A stretch of DNA of 64,000 bases from Bacilli bacterium. Its GTDB lineage: Bacteria > Bacillota_I > Bacilli_A > RF39 > UBA660. The stretch covers positions 297 to 64,296 of the forward strand of contig JAEDNL010000002.1 of the NCBI GenBank assembly GCA_016302505.1, given 5' to 3'. Under the pieces are notes generated by a model. That model worked only from the letters and a program-made list of their open reading frames with translations, was not told the DNA's origin and made no database searches. The translations under genes were made by a program, and so were the position numbers. This document shows positions 18,206 through 28,279 of the stretch, one piece after another. Every line of letters begins with the position of its first letter. Positions within the stretch are counted from its first letter, which is position 1.

Positions 18206-18757
18206 ATGAAAAAGTCAATAATGAAAATATTTAATATTTTAAAAATGATATTGCTTGCGATATTAATTGTTTTCGTTATTGCAACTGCATATCAAAAAGT
18301 TATACCAAATTATCCTAGTGTTTTTGGATTTAGAACATTTTCAATTATAACCAGTAGTATGGAACCTAAACTTAAAATTGGAGATGTTATTCTTGTAAAA
18401 GAAGTTAAAACTAGTTCATTAAAAGTTGGTGATGTAATTACATTTAAGGGTATGAGTGGTGACCTTGCAGGGAAAATAGTGACTCATGAAATAGTTGGTA
18501 TAACTAAAGAAGCTGGACGAAAGATATTTTATACAAAAGGTATTAAAAATATATCTAATGATCCGGCTGTATATGAAGAACAAATACTTGGAAAATATAT
18601 ATATAAATTTAAAATATTTAGTCTTATAGAGAAAATAATGAGTACTAAGATAGGATTTATATTAATAATAATTATTCCACTTGGATATATATATATTTAT
18701 GAAATTAAAGATATAATAAGCGATGTTAAAAAAATAAAAAACAAAGAAAATAATTAA
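18206..18757 (+). CDS. sipW: Signal peptidase I, SipW type (second copy in island)
   Basis: 183 aa. TSSMEPKLKIGD Ser box, THEIV His box, C-terminal TM (IGFILIIIIPLGYIYIY). Paralogue of the gene at 12056..12610. Confidence 0.85.
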   Translation: MKKSIMKIFNILKMILLAILIVFVIATAYQKVIPNYPSVFGFRTFSIITSSMEPKLKIGDVILVKEVKTSSLKVGDVITFKGMSGDLAGKIVTHEIVGITKEAGRKIFYTKGIKNISNDPAVYEEQILGKYIYKFKIFSLIEKIMSTKIGFILIIIIPLGYIYIYEIKDIISDVKKIKNKENN

Positions 18758-18768
18758 AAGGAGCTAGT

Positions 18769-21700
18769 ATGAAAAGAAGTATTAATAAAATTTATAATAC
18801 TATTGTCAATTATTTAATTGAATCTTTTCATATGTCTAAAAATAAAATAAAGAAAAAAATTAAAAGATTAAAAAATAAACTTAAGAAATTCTATTATTAT
18901 GAAATAATAGGTATTGTTGCGATATCTGTGTATTTTTACAAAAGTGTTAAAAAATTATACGATTCTAAATATGTGGTTCTATTAAGAAATAATATTAAAA
19001 AGTATTATGAAATTATTAGAAATAAAGCATTAGAATACTTTAATAAATATAAAATATATTTAAATACTGCTAAGAAAGAGAATACAAAGAAGATTAAAGA
19101 ATATAAAAATGAATATTCTAAATACATGACTAAACCTATACTTGCTAAAGCATTTGTTATATTAATTCTCAGTGTGTTTGTTATATATGATGCGTATTCT
19201 TGGTTTTACAGTGAATATCAAAGTAGAGGAACTAAAATAAGCTTAGGTACTGTCGTACATGAAATTACTCATTATGATAGTAGTGGTAAAATCATTGGTG
19301 AACATGGTGATACAATTACTGTTATTGAAGAGGATGATTTATCAAATACATTTAAAAATACACAATATATTGTTATCAAAAATACAGGTAGTTTAGATCT
19401 TGATTACAATTTATCTTTTACTCTTGATGGTACGATGTCTAATGCCGGTGTATTATATTATAGAGTACTTGATATTACAGATGAAGTTAATGCTCAGACA
19501 ATTACTTCTTCATCTACTAAACTTGAAACATATGCTTTGAATAATCCTACTCCTGAAGCATTAGAAACTGATGCTGTAAATCCAGTATCTAATTTAACGA
19601 CTATTCCACAACTAATTATTAAAGGTCAAATTGATAAAGATAAAGATGATGATGAAAATAATTACCGTTATTATAGAATAGACTATGGTATGTACCAAAC
19701 AGTTAATTCTTCGTTATACTCTGGTGCATCTGTAGCTGTTCATGCTAATGTATATAGTACTCAAAGAGGAATTGATTATTCATTAAGTCAAGAAGGTCAA
19801 ATATGGCTTGTTGAAAATGAAACTCAATTTAGAGATGCAGTATTGAATGCATTATCTGGTGATACTATTAAACTTGCTGATAATATTAAAGTAGATGGTT
19901 CAATTGATTTTGGACGTAGAGTACACATAGATACTGATATTTATAATCTTGAAATAACAGGAGATCTTGTCTATGATTTTGTTGAAATGGGTTCATTAAA
20001 TATTAATACTTCTGCTGGTGGTAAATTAGATGTTGGTGCAAACTTATACATGAATACGCCTAAATCTAAGATACATTTTATTGGTACTAATAAAGATTAT
20101 GATATATTTGTTGGTTCTAAATTTACTGTAAATGGTATTCAAAATGAAGAAGAAGACGGTGTTCTTATAGAAGCTACAAGAATAATTAAAAATAAAGCAG
20201 GTAATATTCCAGTTGATGTGTATGTTATGTCTAATACAAGGATTACAATTGCGCCTAATGTTGAAATAGGATATTTAATTGCTGAAAAGAATGCTACCAA
20301 TATAGAAATATTAAATAATGGTACAATTACTCAAATACAACTTCAAGATATGAACTTGATAGATACATTCTCTAAGTATCAAATCTATGTATATAACTTA
20401 AATAAAATACTTGGTGTACTTGGTGGTTCTTCAATTATGTTACCTGAAAATTCTACTCCATATATCGGACCTAATAAAGGTAATACTTTAATAATAAAAG
20501 GTGTTTCATCAAATGATATTACTGTATCTGGAAGTGATAACTTTACTGATAAAGATATTAATATTGGTGCACCTGATGATTCTGTATTTCCAATTCAAGG
20601 TGAAGAAGATTCATACTATGTATACATCAGAGATAATAATGAAACGCTAGAAGGATTATTAACTGCTTATTTTACTGAAATAGATGAAAATACTGTTGGT
20701 GAAAAAATAAATAATATTAAAAAGTTAATTATATATACAATTAACTCAGCTTATTTTGAAAATGAAGATTTTGCGTATGTAAATACTTCATTACCTAAAA
20801 TAGAGTATTTAGGCTTATCTAATGCTACTGTAATAGATGGTAAAACTATTAATAAAATAGCTGATAATACTCTTAGTAACAAGACTAGTTTAAGAACTTT
20901 AATTCTTCCAAAGACTGTTACTACTATAGGAAGTGGTGCTTTTGAAAATGTTAATTTAGGTAGAATTTATTCTGATAAAGCATTTGAATTTTTGACTATA
21001 CCATCTACTGTAACATCTATAGGTTCTAATGCATTTAAAAGTACAAGATATGTAACGTTTGAAGGACAGGTTCCTCCGACTATAGAAAGCGGAGCATTTA
21101 ATCTTGATATTAATGGCAGTAAATTTTTTGTACCTATGGGTGCGATTAAAGCATATGAAAATGTAGAAAATATTAACGCAGAAAATATTTATTATGAAGC
21201 AAAACTGTCTGATAATAAACAATATTTCTTATATGATTATAAAGATGGATATGGTATTTCATATTTCATAAATACTGTTTCAATTGGAGATAGTTTAACT
21301 ATACCAAATACATTAACATTAAATTCTATTAATAAAACAATTACAGCGATTGGATATAATGCCTATAGGAATTTAAATACATCTAGTAGTGGTGCATCTA
21401 TGACTATACCAACTACTGTAGAATTAATAGATTCATATGCATTTTATGAAGATAATATAACTAACATTAATCTTGATAATGTAAAATCAATAAATGATTA
21501 TGCATTCTATAAAACTAAATTAACTATATTAGAATCAGATACTATTAATAAAATAGGTTCATATTCATTCTATAATGTTCCTTTAACTAAAGTTATGCTA
21601 GAAAATGTTTCTGAAATAGGAGCATATGCATTTTATAATAATACAACCTTATATGAACTTAATTTGGGTCAAGTTAAAATTATAGGAGATTATGCATTTT

Positions 21701-24700
21701 ATAATTGCCCTCAGCTAGGTAGGGTTTGGTTTAAAAATACATCAACAGTTGTTAAAAACAATAGTGAAGAAATAGATTTAACAGTTGGTGAGAATAGTGT
21801 ATTTACTAATTGGGGAATGTATTTAGATGGTCGTCTTAGAGTTTATGTTCCGAATGGTAGTTCAAAAGATGGATTAAATTATTTAGATGGTTACAAGAAG
21901 TTATTTCAAGCTAATGAGTCATTTATTTATCCGACTGGTACGATTATTGGTAGTTATAAACATGTTGCTATTCCATATGATTTTGGAGAATATTCTTTAA
22001 GAGCAGTTACTAAAAAGAATGGTGCTGGAGAAGATGTAACAGCATATGAAATAATAGAATATCATGGTGCTGATTTAACTAGTGAGTATCAACTTCCTGA
22101 TGTAATAGTAACAGATGAAAATTTAAGTGCTACTATTAGTGGATCTTCATGGCAACAAGGAACTGGTTATAGATTTGGTGGGACTATTAATATTAAGAAT
22201 AATACTTCTGCTGAAATAAAAGATTGGACAATAAGAATTAGTTTGCCAACTGGCGTTACTTGGGGCAACTGTTATGGTAATGCTAATGAAACAGTAAATG
22301 GAAGTATAGTGACTCTTAAAAATAAAGAATACAATGGAACAATCGCAGCAAATGGGCAGATGAGTTTATCTTTCTACTATGATACATCATCACAAAGTTT
22401 AGAGGCTAGTATAGATAGTGTATATTCAAGTACTAGTGCTGTTATGAATGTTATATCAATTGGAGAATATGCATATAGGCATACTACTACAGTGCAGGGA
22501 CAAACAATTGATTTAGTTGCAAACGGTCTATTAAATATTGATGATCATGGTCTTGAAAATATTTCTGTTAAATCTTTAACCTCAGACAGTTTAATATCAA
22601 TAGGAGATTATGGTCTTTACAATACTGCACTTCAGACAGTAAATCTTCCTAATTTGAATTCACTTGGTAAATATGCAATGTCTGACATGGATACATTATA
22701 TAGTGTTAACCTTGGTAATATTCAAGTTATGAAGGAAAATTCTATTAGTAATAACCCTAACTTAGAACAAATATTTATTGGAACTATTAATACTGATAAT
22801 ATGTCTGTTCATTCAACTGCTATGAATAATATCGGGACTAATGCTAATGATAGACTTAGAATATATGTTCCTAAATCTAAAGTTGAATTTTATAAAGCAT
22901 TATTTAGTAATTATTCTGAATATATATTTGAAACAGGTTATATAGTTGGTTCATTTATAAATACACCAATTCCATATGATATAGGTGAATATTCTGTTAA
23001 AGAGGTAACTATTAAAGATAGAAGTGGTAATGATATTAATGGATGGCAAATTATAGAATATCATGGTGAAGATATAACTAATACCTTTGAAATACCTGAG
23101 TCATATACAGTAAATGGTATTACTAAAGATGTAATATCTATAGGTGATTATGCATTTAAGCATACTAGTGTTAATACTAGTGATGGAACTGACATTGTTA
23201 ATAATAAATTAATAAAAATTGGTAATCATTGTTTTGAAGAAATTACTGCTATTAAATCATTTAGTTCAACAAGTTTATTAGAACTAGGAAGTTATGCATT
23301 TAATAAATCTGGTATAGTTTATATGAATATAGAAAACATTAAATCTATTGGTTCATATGCAATAGCAAATATGACTACAACATATAAATTAAATCTTGGT
23401 AAAGTATCAAATATGGAACCAAATGCATTATATAATTTACCTAACTTATTACAAACATTCTTTAATCCAACGACTGAAACAAGAGTATTTGATAAATATT
23501 CTATTACTGATGTTGGTACACAAACTGCTGATCGAATGAGATTTTATGTATCATCAACTGAAGTAACTGAAACTCAAACTGACACTAAGCAAATTGATAT
23601 TAATGTAACTGAATCATGTAATGAATCATCAAGTGGTTGGGGAACTAATAGAACATATACAAATAGTTGTACAGTTACAGTTAAAAATAATACTGATAAA
23701 ACATTAAATTCTTGGACTACAACGGTATCTTTAAACGGACATTCATTGAAAAGTGGTTCTGTAAATAATGCTGTATATGAAAGCAATTCATCATCATTGA
23801 TATTTACTAATACTAATTCAAATGGAACTATTAATCCTAATGAAAGTATAACATTTACATATACATTAACAGGTAGAACATCAAGAAGAAATGGTAAATA
23901 TTTATCCAATTCTATTGGTACTTATACTGAGAGTAAAACAGTTACATATGATGACTTTGTAACTGAAGAGTATGCTAGTTCATTTAGAAGCGAGTATTAT
24001 GATTATTTCTTTGATTATGGAACTATCTTAGGAAATTTTACTAGTACTAATGTTCCATATGATATTGGAGAATATTCAGTTGTATTAAGAGAATATACTA
24101 AAAAAGATGGTGAAGTTGTTACTGGATATGAAATAGTTGAATATCATGGTATGAATTTAACATCTTCATACATAATACCAGAGTCCCTTACAGTTAACAA
24201 TAATACTTATCCTGTTATTGGAATAGGAAAAAATGCTTATAGATTTGCTACAATGGCAACTGGTAATACTCTTGATATATCCAATACATCACTGTTATAT
24301 GTTAATAATTATGCATTTTATAAGCTTGGTATTAGAAATTTAATACTTCAAAATACTGAATATATAGGTCAATATACATTCTTTAATAACTCATTATATA
24401 AAGTTACTTTAAGTGGACTTAATCATGTTGATAATTATGCATTTGCTAATAACACTTTGTTAAATTATATTTCACTTGGATATGTAAGTATCATAGGTGA
24501 GGGAGCTTTCTATGGATGTAGTAATATTGAACAAATGTATTTTAGTACTACTGAAGTTGATAATAGTTCTAATAGTGTTAAGATAAGTATTGGTTCTAAT
24601 GCATTTTATAATACTGGTACTACTATTGGAAAGAGACTTAGAATATATGTTCCTGATGATAATCTTGGTACTACTTCTGTAACTTATCAACAAGCATATA

Positions 24701-26100
24701 AAAATACTCTTCCTACTAATGTTAAAGACTATATTTATCCAACTGGATATATAATAGGAAGTTATAAATATGGTTCATTACCATATGATATAGGAGAATA
24801 TTCTATAAGAGAAGTAACCGTTAAAAATGCAGTTGGAACTAATGTTACAGGTTGGGAAGTAATAGAATATCATGGTGCTGATATAACAAGTACATTTAAT
24901 TTAACTTCTCCAATAAGTAAAGATGGTAAAAATTATAATATAGTTTCTATTGGACCATATGCGTTTTATGGAGTATCTGTATCTAGTGGTCAAACTTGGG
25001 AATTTGTACTTCCAAATAGTGTTGTACAAATAGAAGATTATGCATTCTATAAAACAGATATAACTAAAATAAATGGCAATCAAATTTCTAGAGTAGGTAA
25101 ATATGCTTTTGCTGACTGTGAAAATTTAACTAATGCTATATTTAATAGTGTTATTGTAGCTGATGATTATTCATTCTATAGTTGTAGTAAAATCACATAT
25201 ATTCAATTTGGATCTGGTACTACTACTATTGGTCAATATGCATTGTGGAATCCATATCAAGGAGGACCATCAACAACATTAAACATGCAAGTATCAGCAG
25301 TACCTAATACAGCATCAAATGCTCTTCCTGAGTATGAGGTTGAAACTTTCATAGGTATAACTATAGGTTATAAATCTAATTTTACATATAGTGTTCCAAA
25401 TTCAGTATCAAATACTTTCTCAAATGCGGTTCCATGGAAATATCATAATAATTCTCCTATATATTTTTCAAGTGATTACTTATATATAGTTGATGGTGAT
25501 ACTGCTATAATAACTGGTTATACTGGTACTGGTGCCACTAATAGTAGTTTAGTTATTCCAGATACTGTATCTGGATATAGAGTTACTTCAATAGCAGCTA
25601 ATGCATTTGATAATAATACTTATGTTACCGCAATAACATTACCTTCATCAATGAATAAATTAAGTGATGGCTTTTTAGATAATAATAAAAATATTGCTAA
25701 TATTTATGTTGATAGTGCTAATACATCATTTAAGAGTGTTAATGGTATTCTTTATGATTATGGTGGGACTATATTAATGAGATATCCAAATGGTAAAAAC
25801 GCCACATCATTTACGATACCAAGTAATGTTACAACAATAGCATATCGTGCATTTGCAAACAATGTTACATTAACAAGTGTTACATTTAATTCTTCATTAG
25901 AAACTATCGGTGCGTATGCGTTTGATGGGTGTACGAATATAAGTTCATACACATTTAATAGTGATGTACCTGCTTTAACAGCGTATGATACATTCAATAA
26001 AGATAGTTTGATATATATGTATGTCCCTGGCACATCATTAAATAATTATAGAAATGATGTATATTTTAAAGAATACACAAGTTATTTGTTATCTAATTAA
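18769..26100 (+). CDS. Giant (2443 aa) surface protein: cytoplasmic Lys-rich tail, SipW-type signal/anchor, TasA-like domain, beta-helix-like region, BspA-type leucine-rich repeat arrays and two CBM2-like inserts
   Basis: The N-terminal ~125 aa are Lys-rich. The TM ends in DAYSWFYSEYQS. GTKISLGTVVHEIT...YIVIKNTGSLDLDYNLSF is TasA/camelysin-like. There are many I-G-x-x-A-F/Y-x-N LRR units (IGSGAFENV, IDSYAFYED, IGAYAFYNN, IGDYAFYNC...). Two CBM2-like modules lie at about 22126-22425 (WQQGTGYRFGGTINIKNNTSAEIKDWTIRISL) and about 23590-23890 (GWGTNRTYTNSCTVTVKNNTDKTLNSWTTTVSL). Confidence 0.8.
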   Translation: MKRSINKIYNTIVNYLIESFHMSKNKIKKKIKRLKNKLKKFYYYEIIGIVAISVYFYKSVKKLYDSKYVVLLRNNIKKYYEIIRNKALEYFNKYKIYLNTAKKENTKKIKEYKNEYSKYMTKPILAKAFVILILSVFVIYDAYSWFYSEYQSRGTKISLGTVVHEITHYDSSGKIIGEHGDTITVIEEDDLSNTFKNTQYIVIKNTGSLDLDYNLSFTLDGTMSNAGVLYYRVLDITDEVNAQTITSSSTKLETYALNNPTPEALETDAVNPVSNLTTIPQLIIKGQIDKDKDDDENNYRYYRIDYGMYQTVNSSLYSGASVAVHANVYSTQRGIDYSLSQEGQIWLVENETQFRDAVLNALSGDTIKLADNIKVDGSIDFGRRVHIDTDIYNLEITGDLVYDFVEMGSLNINTSAGGKLDVGANLYMNTPKSKIHFIGTNKDYDIFVGSKFTVNGIQNEEEDGVLIEATRIIKNKAGNIPVDVYVMSNTRITIAPNVEIGYLIAEKNATNIEILNNGTITQIQLQDMNLIDTFSKYQIYVYNLNKILGVLGGSSIMLPENSTPYIGPNKGNTLIIKGVSSNDITVSGSDNFTDKDINIGAPDDSVFPIQGEEDSYYVYIRDNNETLEGLLTAYFTEIDENTVGEKINNIKKLIIYTINSAYFENEDFAYVNTSLPKIEYLGLSNATVIDGKTINKIADNTLSNKTSLRTLILPKTVTTIGSGAFENVNLGRIYSDKAFEFLTIPSTVTSIGSNAFKSTRYVTFEGQVPPTIESGAFNLDINGSKFFVPMGAIKAYENVENINAENIYYEAKLSDNKQYFLYDYKDGYGISYFINTVSIGDSLTIPNTLTLNSINKTITAIGYNAYRNLNTSSSGASMTIPTTVELIDSYAFYEDNITNINLDNVKSINDYAFYKTKLTILESDTINKIGSYSFYNVPLTKVMLENVSEIGAYAFYNNTTLYELNLGQVKIIGDYAFYNCPQLGRVWFKNTSTVVKNNSEEIDLTVGENSVFTNWGMYLDGRLRVYVPNGSSKDGLNYLDGYKKLFQANESFIYPTGTIIGSYKHVAIPYDFGEYSLRAVTKKNGAGEDVTAYEIIEYHGADLTSEYQLPDVIVTDENLSATISGSSWQQGTGYRFGGTINIKNNTSAEIKDWTIRISLPTGVTWGNCYGNANETVNGSIVTLKNKEYNGTIAANGQMSLSFYYDTSSQSLEASIDSVYSSTSAVMNVISIGEYAYRHTTTVQGQTIDLVANGLLNIDDHGLENISVKSLTSDSLISIGDYGLYNTALQTVNLPNLNSLGKYAMSDMDTLYSVNLGNIQVMKENSISNNPNLEQIFIGTINTDNMSVHSTAMNNIGTNANDRLRIYVPKSKVEFYKALFSNYSEYIFETGYIVGSFINTPIPYDIGEYSVKEVTIKDRSGNDINGWQIIEYHGEDITNTFEIPESYTVNGITKDVISIGDYAFKHTSVNTSDGTDIVNNKLIKIGNHCFEEITAIKSFSSTSLLELGSYAFNKSGIVYMNIENIKSIGSYAIANMTTTYKLNLGKVSNMEPNALYNLPNLLQTFFNPTTETRVFDKYSITDVGTQTADRMRFYVSSTEVTETQTDTKQIDINVTESCNESSSGWGTNRTYTNSCTVTVKNNTDKTLNSWTTTVSLNGHSLKSGSVNNAVYESNSSSLIFTNTNSNGTINPNESITFTYTLTGRTSRRNGKYLSNSIGTYTESKTVTYDDFVTEEYASSFRSEYYDYFFDYGTILGNFTSTNVPYDIGEYSVVLREYTKKDGEVVTGYEIVEYHGMNLTSSYIIPESLTVNNNTYPVIGIGKNAYRFATMATGNTLDISNTSLLYVNNYAFYKLGIRNLILQNTEYIGQYTFFNNSLYKVTLSGLNHVDNYAFANNTLLNYISLGYVSIIGEGAFYGCSNIEQMYFSTTEVDNSSNSVKISIGSNAFYNTGTTIGKRLRIYVPDDNLGTTSVTYQQAYKNTLPTNVKDYIYPTGYIIGSYKYGSLPYDIGEYSIREVTVKNAVGTNVTGWEVIEYHGADITSTFNLTSPISKDGKNYNIVSIGPYAFYGVSVSSGQTWEFVLPNSVVQIEDYAFYKTDITKINGNQISRVGKYAFADCENLTNAIFNSVIVADDYSFYSCSKITYIQFGSGTTTIGQYALWNPYQGGPSTTLNMQVSAVPNTASNALPEYEVETFIGITIGYKSNFTYSVPNSVSNTFSNAVPWKYHNNSPIYFSSDYLYIVDGDTAIITGYTGTGATNSSLVIPDTVSGYRVTSIAANAFDNNTYVTAITLPSSMNKLSDGFLDNNKNIANIYVDSANTSFKSVNGILYDYGGTILMRYPNGKNATSFTIPSNVTTIAYRAFANNVTLTSVTFNSSLETIGAYAFDGCTNISSYTFNSDVPALTAYDTFNKDSLIYMYVPGTSLNNYRNDVYFKEYTSYLLSN
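21931..24900 (+). repeat. Four copies of a ~55-aa conserved linker module spaced by LRR arrays inside the giant gene
   Basis: YPTG-x-I-[IL]-G-[SN]-[YF]...[IV]PYD[FI]GEYS...(T/N)G[YW]-[EQ]-I-[IV]-EYHG-x-[DN]-[LI]-T begins near 21931, 22930, 24016 and 24736. The periodicity is coding, not a noncoding repeat. Confidence 0.75.
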
Positions 26101-26127
26101 AAAACAAGTTTAATACTTGTTTTTTTC
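26101..26127 (+). terminator. Rho-independent terminator after the giant gene
   Basis: AAAACAAGT / ACTTGTTTT stem around a TTAAT loop (26101-26124), followed by a T-run. Confidence 0.7.
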
Positions 26128-26154
26128 ATGCTATAATTAAATAGAGGTAAAATT

Positions 26155-28227
26155 ATGACGTTAAATAATAAACAATTAGAAGCTGTAAAACATATTGAAG
26201 GACCTTGTTTAGTTTTAGCTGGGGCAGGTTCTGGTAAAACCAAAGTTTTAACTGAAAGAATAGTAAATTTAATTGATAATGGAATAAGTCCATACAATAT
26301 TTTGGCAATAACATTTACTAATAAAGCTGCGAAAGAAATGAAAAATCGAGTTGAAATTGAATTAGATGGTGTTGCTAACTCTATATTTATTGGTACTTTT
26401 CATTCATTTGGTCTAAAAATACTAAGAGAAAATTATATTGACATTGGATATACATCTAACATTACAATACTTGATACTGATGATGTAAAGGCTATTGTAA
26501 AAAGAATACTTAAAGAAAATGGATATGATCCTGCTAAGTATGATGTTAGAACAATAATAAATAAAATAAGTTCAGCTAAAAATGACGGTATTAGTCCAGA
26601 AGAATATAAAAAATTATTTTTAAATGATCTTGATATAGTTATAGGTTTAGTTTACACAGAGTATACAAAACTTTTAAAAGAAAATAACTCTGTTGATTTT
26701 GATGATTTACTTCTTAAACCTGTTAAATTATTCAAAAAGAATAAAGATATTTTAGAAAAGTATCAAGAGAGATTTAAATATATTTTAATAGATGAGTATC
26801 AAGATACTAATGGTATACAATATGAATTATGTAAGCTTCTTGCAGATAAATATAAGAATATATTTGTAGTAGGAGATGCTAATCAATCTATATATTCATT
26901 TAGAAATGCTAACTATAGAAATATTCTTAATTTTGAAAAAGATTATAAAAATCCTAAAGTAATTCTTTTAGAAGAAAATTACAGAAGTACTAATAATATT
27001 TTAAAAGCAGCTAATTCAGTAATTAAAAACAATAGTGAAGGTAAAAAACTTAATTTATGGTCATCTAAAAATGATGGTGAACTTCTTACATATATTAGAT
27101 GCGAAGATGAAATAAAAGAAGCTAATTTTGTTATAAGCAAAATAAAAGAACTAGTTAATAGTGGATATTCTTATAGTGATATAGCAGTACTTTATAGAAC
27201 TAATGCTCAGAGTAGAGTAGTTGAAGATGCTTTTGTAAGAAATAATATTCCCCATAATATAATTGGTAGTTATTATTTTTATAATAGGAAAGAAATTAAA
27301 GACTTAGTTGCATATTTAAAACTAATATATAATCCTTGTGATTCAGTTAGTTTAGAAAGAGTAATAAATGTGCCTAAAAGAGGTATTGGTATTAAGTCTG
27401 TTGAGAATTTAAGAAAGAAAGCATTAGAAAGTAATTTATCTATGTTTGATGCGATAGATAGTGGTAAAGAACTTGAATTTAAGAATTTAATATTAAAATT
27501 ACAAGAGTTTTCATTAAGTAGTAATTTATCTGATTTAATAGAAGAAGTTCTTATTGCTACTGGTATTAGAATGGAATATGAACTTAATAATTCTCTTGAA
27601 AATGAAGCCAAAGTTGAAAACTTAAATGAATTTAAAACAGTAGCTTTAATGTTTGAGGAAAGTGGAATATATGATTTACAAACCTTTTTGGAAAATATTG
27701 CTCTTGTTAGTGATAGAGGTCAATATAATAATGATGGAAACGAGGTAAGTATCATGACACTTCACTCAGCTAAAGGACTTGAGTTTAATATAGTATTTTT
27801 ACTTGGTATGGAAGAAGGTTTATTTCCACATAATAGAAGTTTTGATAGTTTATCTGATTTAGAAGAAGAAAGAAGACTTTGTTATGTTGGAATTACTAGA
27901 GCAAAAGAAAAACTATATTTATTAAGTGCAAGACAAAGGACTATTTTTGGTAAAACATCTGGTAGTATTGAAAGTAGATTTATAAGAGAAATTGATGATA
28001 AATTAATTAACAAAATATCAACATCTAAAGAACAAGAAAATAAAAAAGTAATAGGCAATATGTATAATTCATCTAGTGAAATAAAAACCGGTGATAATGT
28101 TATTCATACAGTGTATGGTGAGGGTGTTGTTGTTAATATTAGTGGTGGTGTTGCGACTATAGCATTTAAAAATGGTGTTGGTGTTAAATTAATCGCATCT
28201 AATCATAAATATTTAACAAAGAAATAA
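26155..28227 (+). CDS. pcrA: ATP-dependent DNA helicase PcrA/UvrD family
   Basis: 690 aa. Motif I AGAGSGKTKVLTERI, motif II ILIDEYQDTN, motif III VVGDANQSIYSFRNA, EENYRST, motif V/VI MTLHSAKGLEF and CYVGITRAKEKLYL. Confidence 0.95.
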   Translation: MTLNNKQLEAVKHIEGPCLVLAGAGSGKTKVLTERIVNLIDNGISPYNILAITFTNKAAKEMKNRVEIELDGVANSIFIGTFHSFGLKILRENYIDIGYTSNITILDTDDVKAIVKRILKENGYDPAKYDVRTIINKISSAKNDGISPEEYKKLFLNDLDIVIGLVYTEYTKLLKENNSVDFDDLLLKPVKLFKKNKDILEKYQERFKYILIDEYQDTNGIQYELCKLLADKYKNIFVVGDANQSIYSFRNANYRNILNFEKDYKNPKVILLEENYRSTNNILKAANSVIKNNSEGKKLNLWSSKNDGELLTYIRCEDEIKEANFVISKIKELVNSGYSYSDIAVLYRTNAQSRVVEDAFVRNNIPHNIIGSYYFYNRKEIKDLVAYLKLIYNPCDSVSLERVINVPKRGIGIKSVENLRKKALESNLSMFDAIDSGKELEFKNLILKLQEFSLSSNLSDLIEEVLIATGIRMEYELNNSLENEAKVENLNEFKTVALMFEESGIYDLQTFLENIALVSDRGQYNNDGNEVSIMTLHSAKGLEFNIVFLLGMEEGLFPHNRSFDSLSDLEEERRLCYVGITRAKEKLYLLSARQRTIFGKTSGSIESRFIREIDDKLINKISTSKEQENKKVIGNMYNSSSEIKTGDNVIHTVYGEGVVVNISGGVATIAFKNGVGVKLIASNHKYLTKK

Positions 28228-28279
28228 TTTTAATTAAAAAAATTATATGATATAATAAATCATATAATAGAGGTGTGAT

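Noticed and set aside
18769-26100. The periodic nucleotide repeats inside the giant gene were considered as a possible CRISPR array or satellite.
   Set aside because: The repeats are in frame, imperfect and translate into LRR units and conserved linker modules. There is no repeat-spacer regularity and no cas genes.
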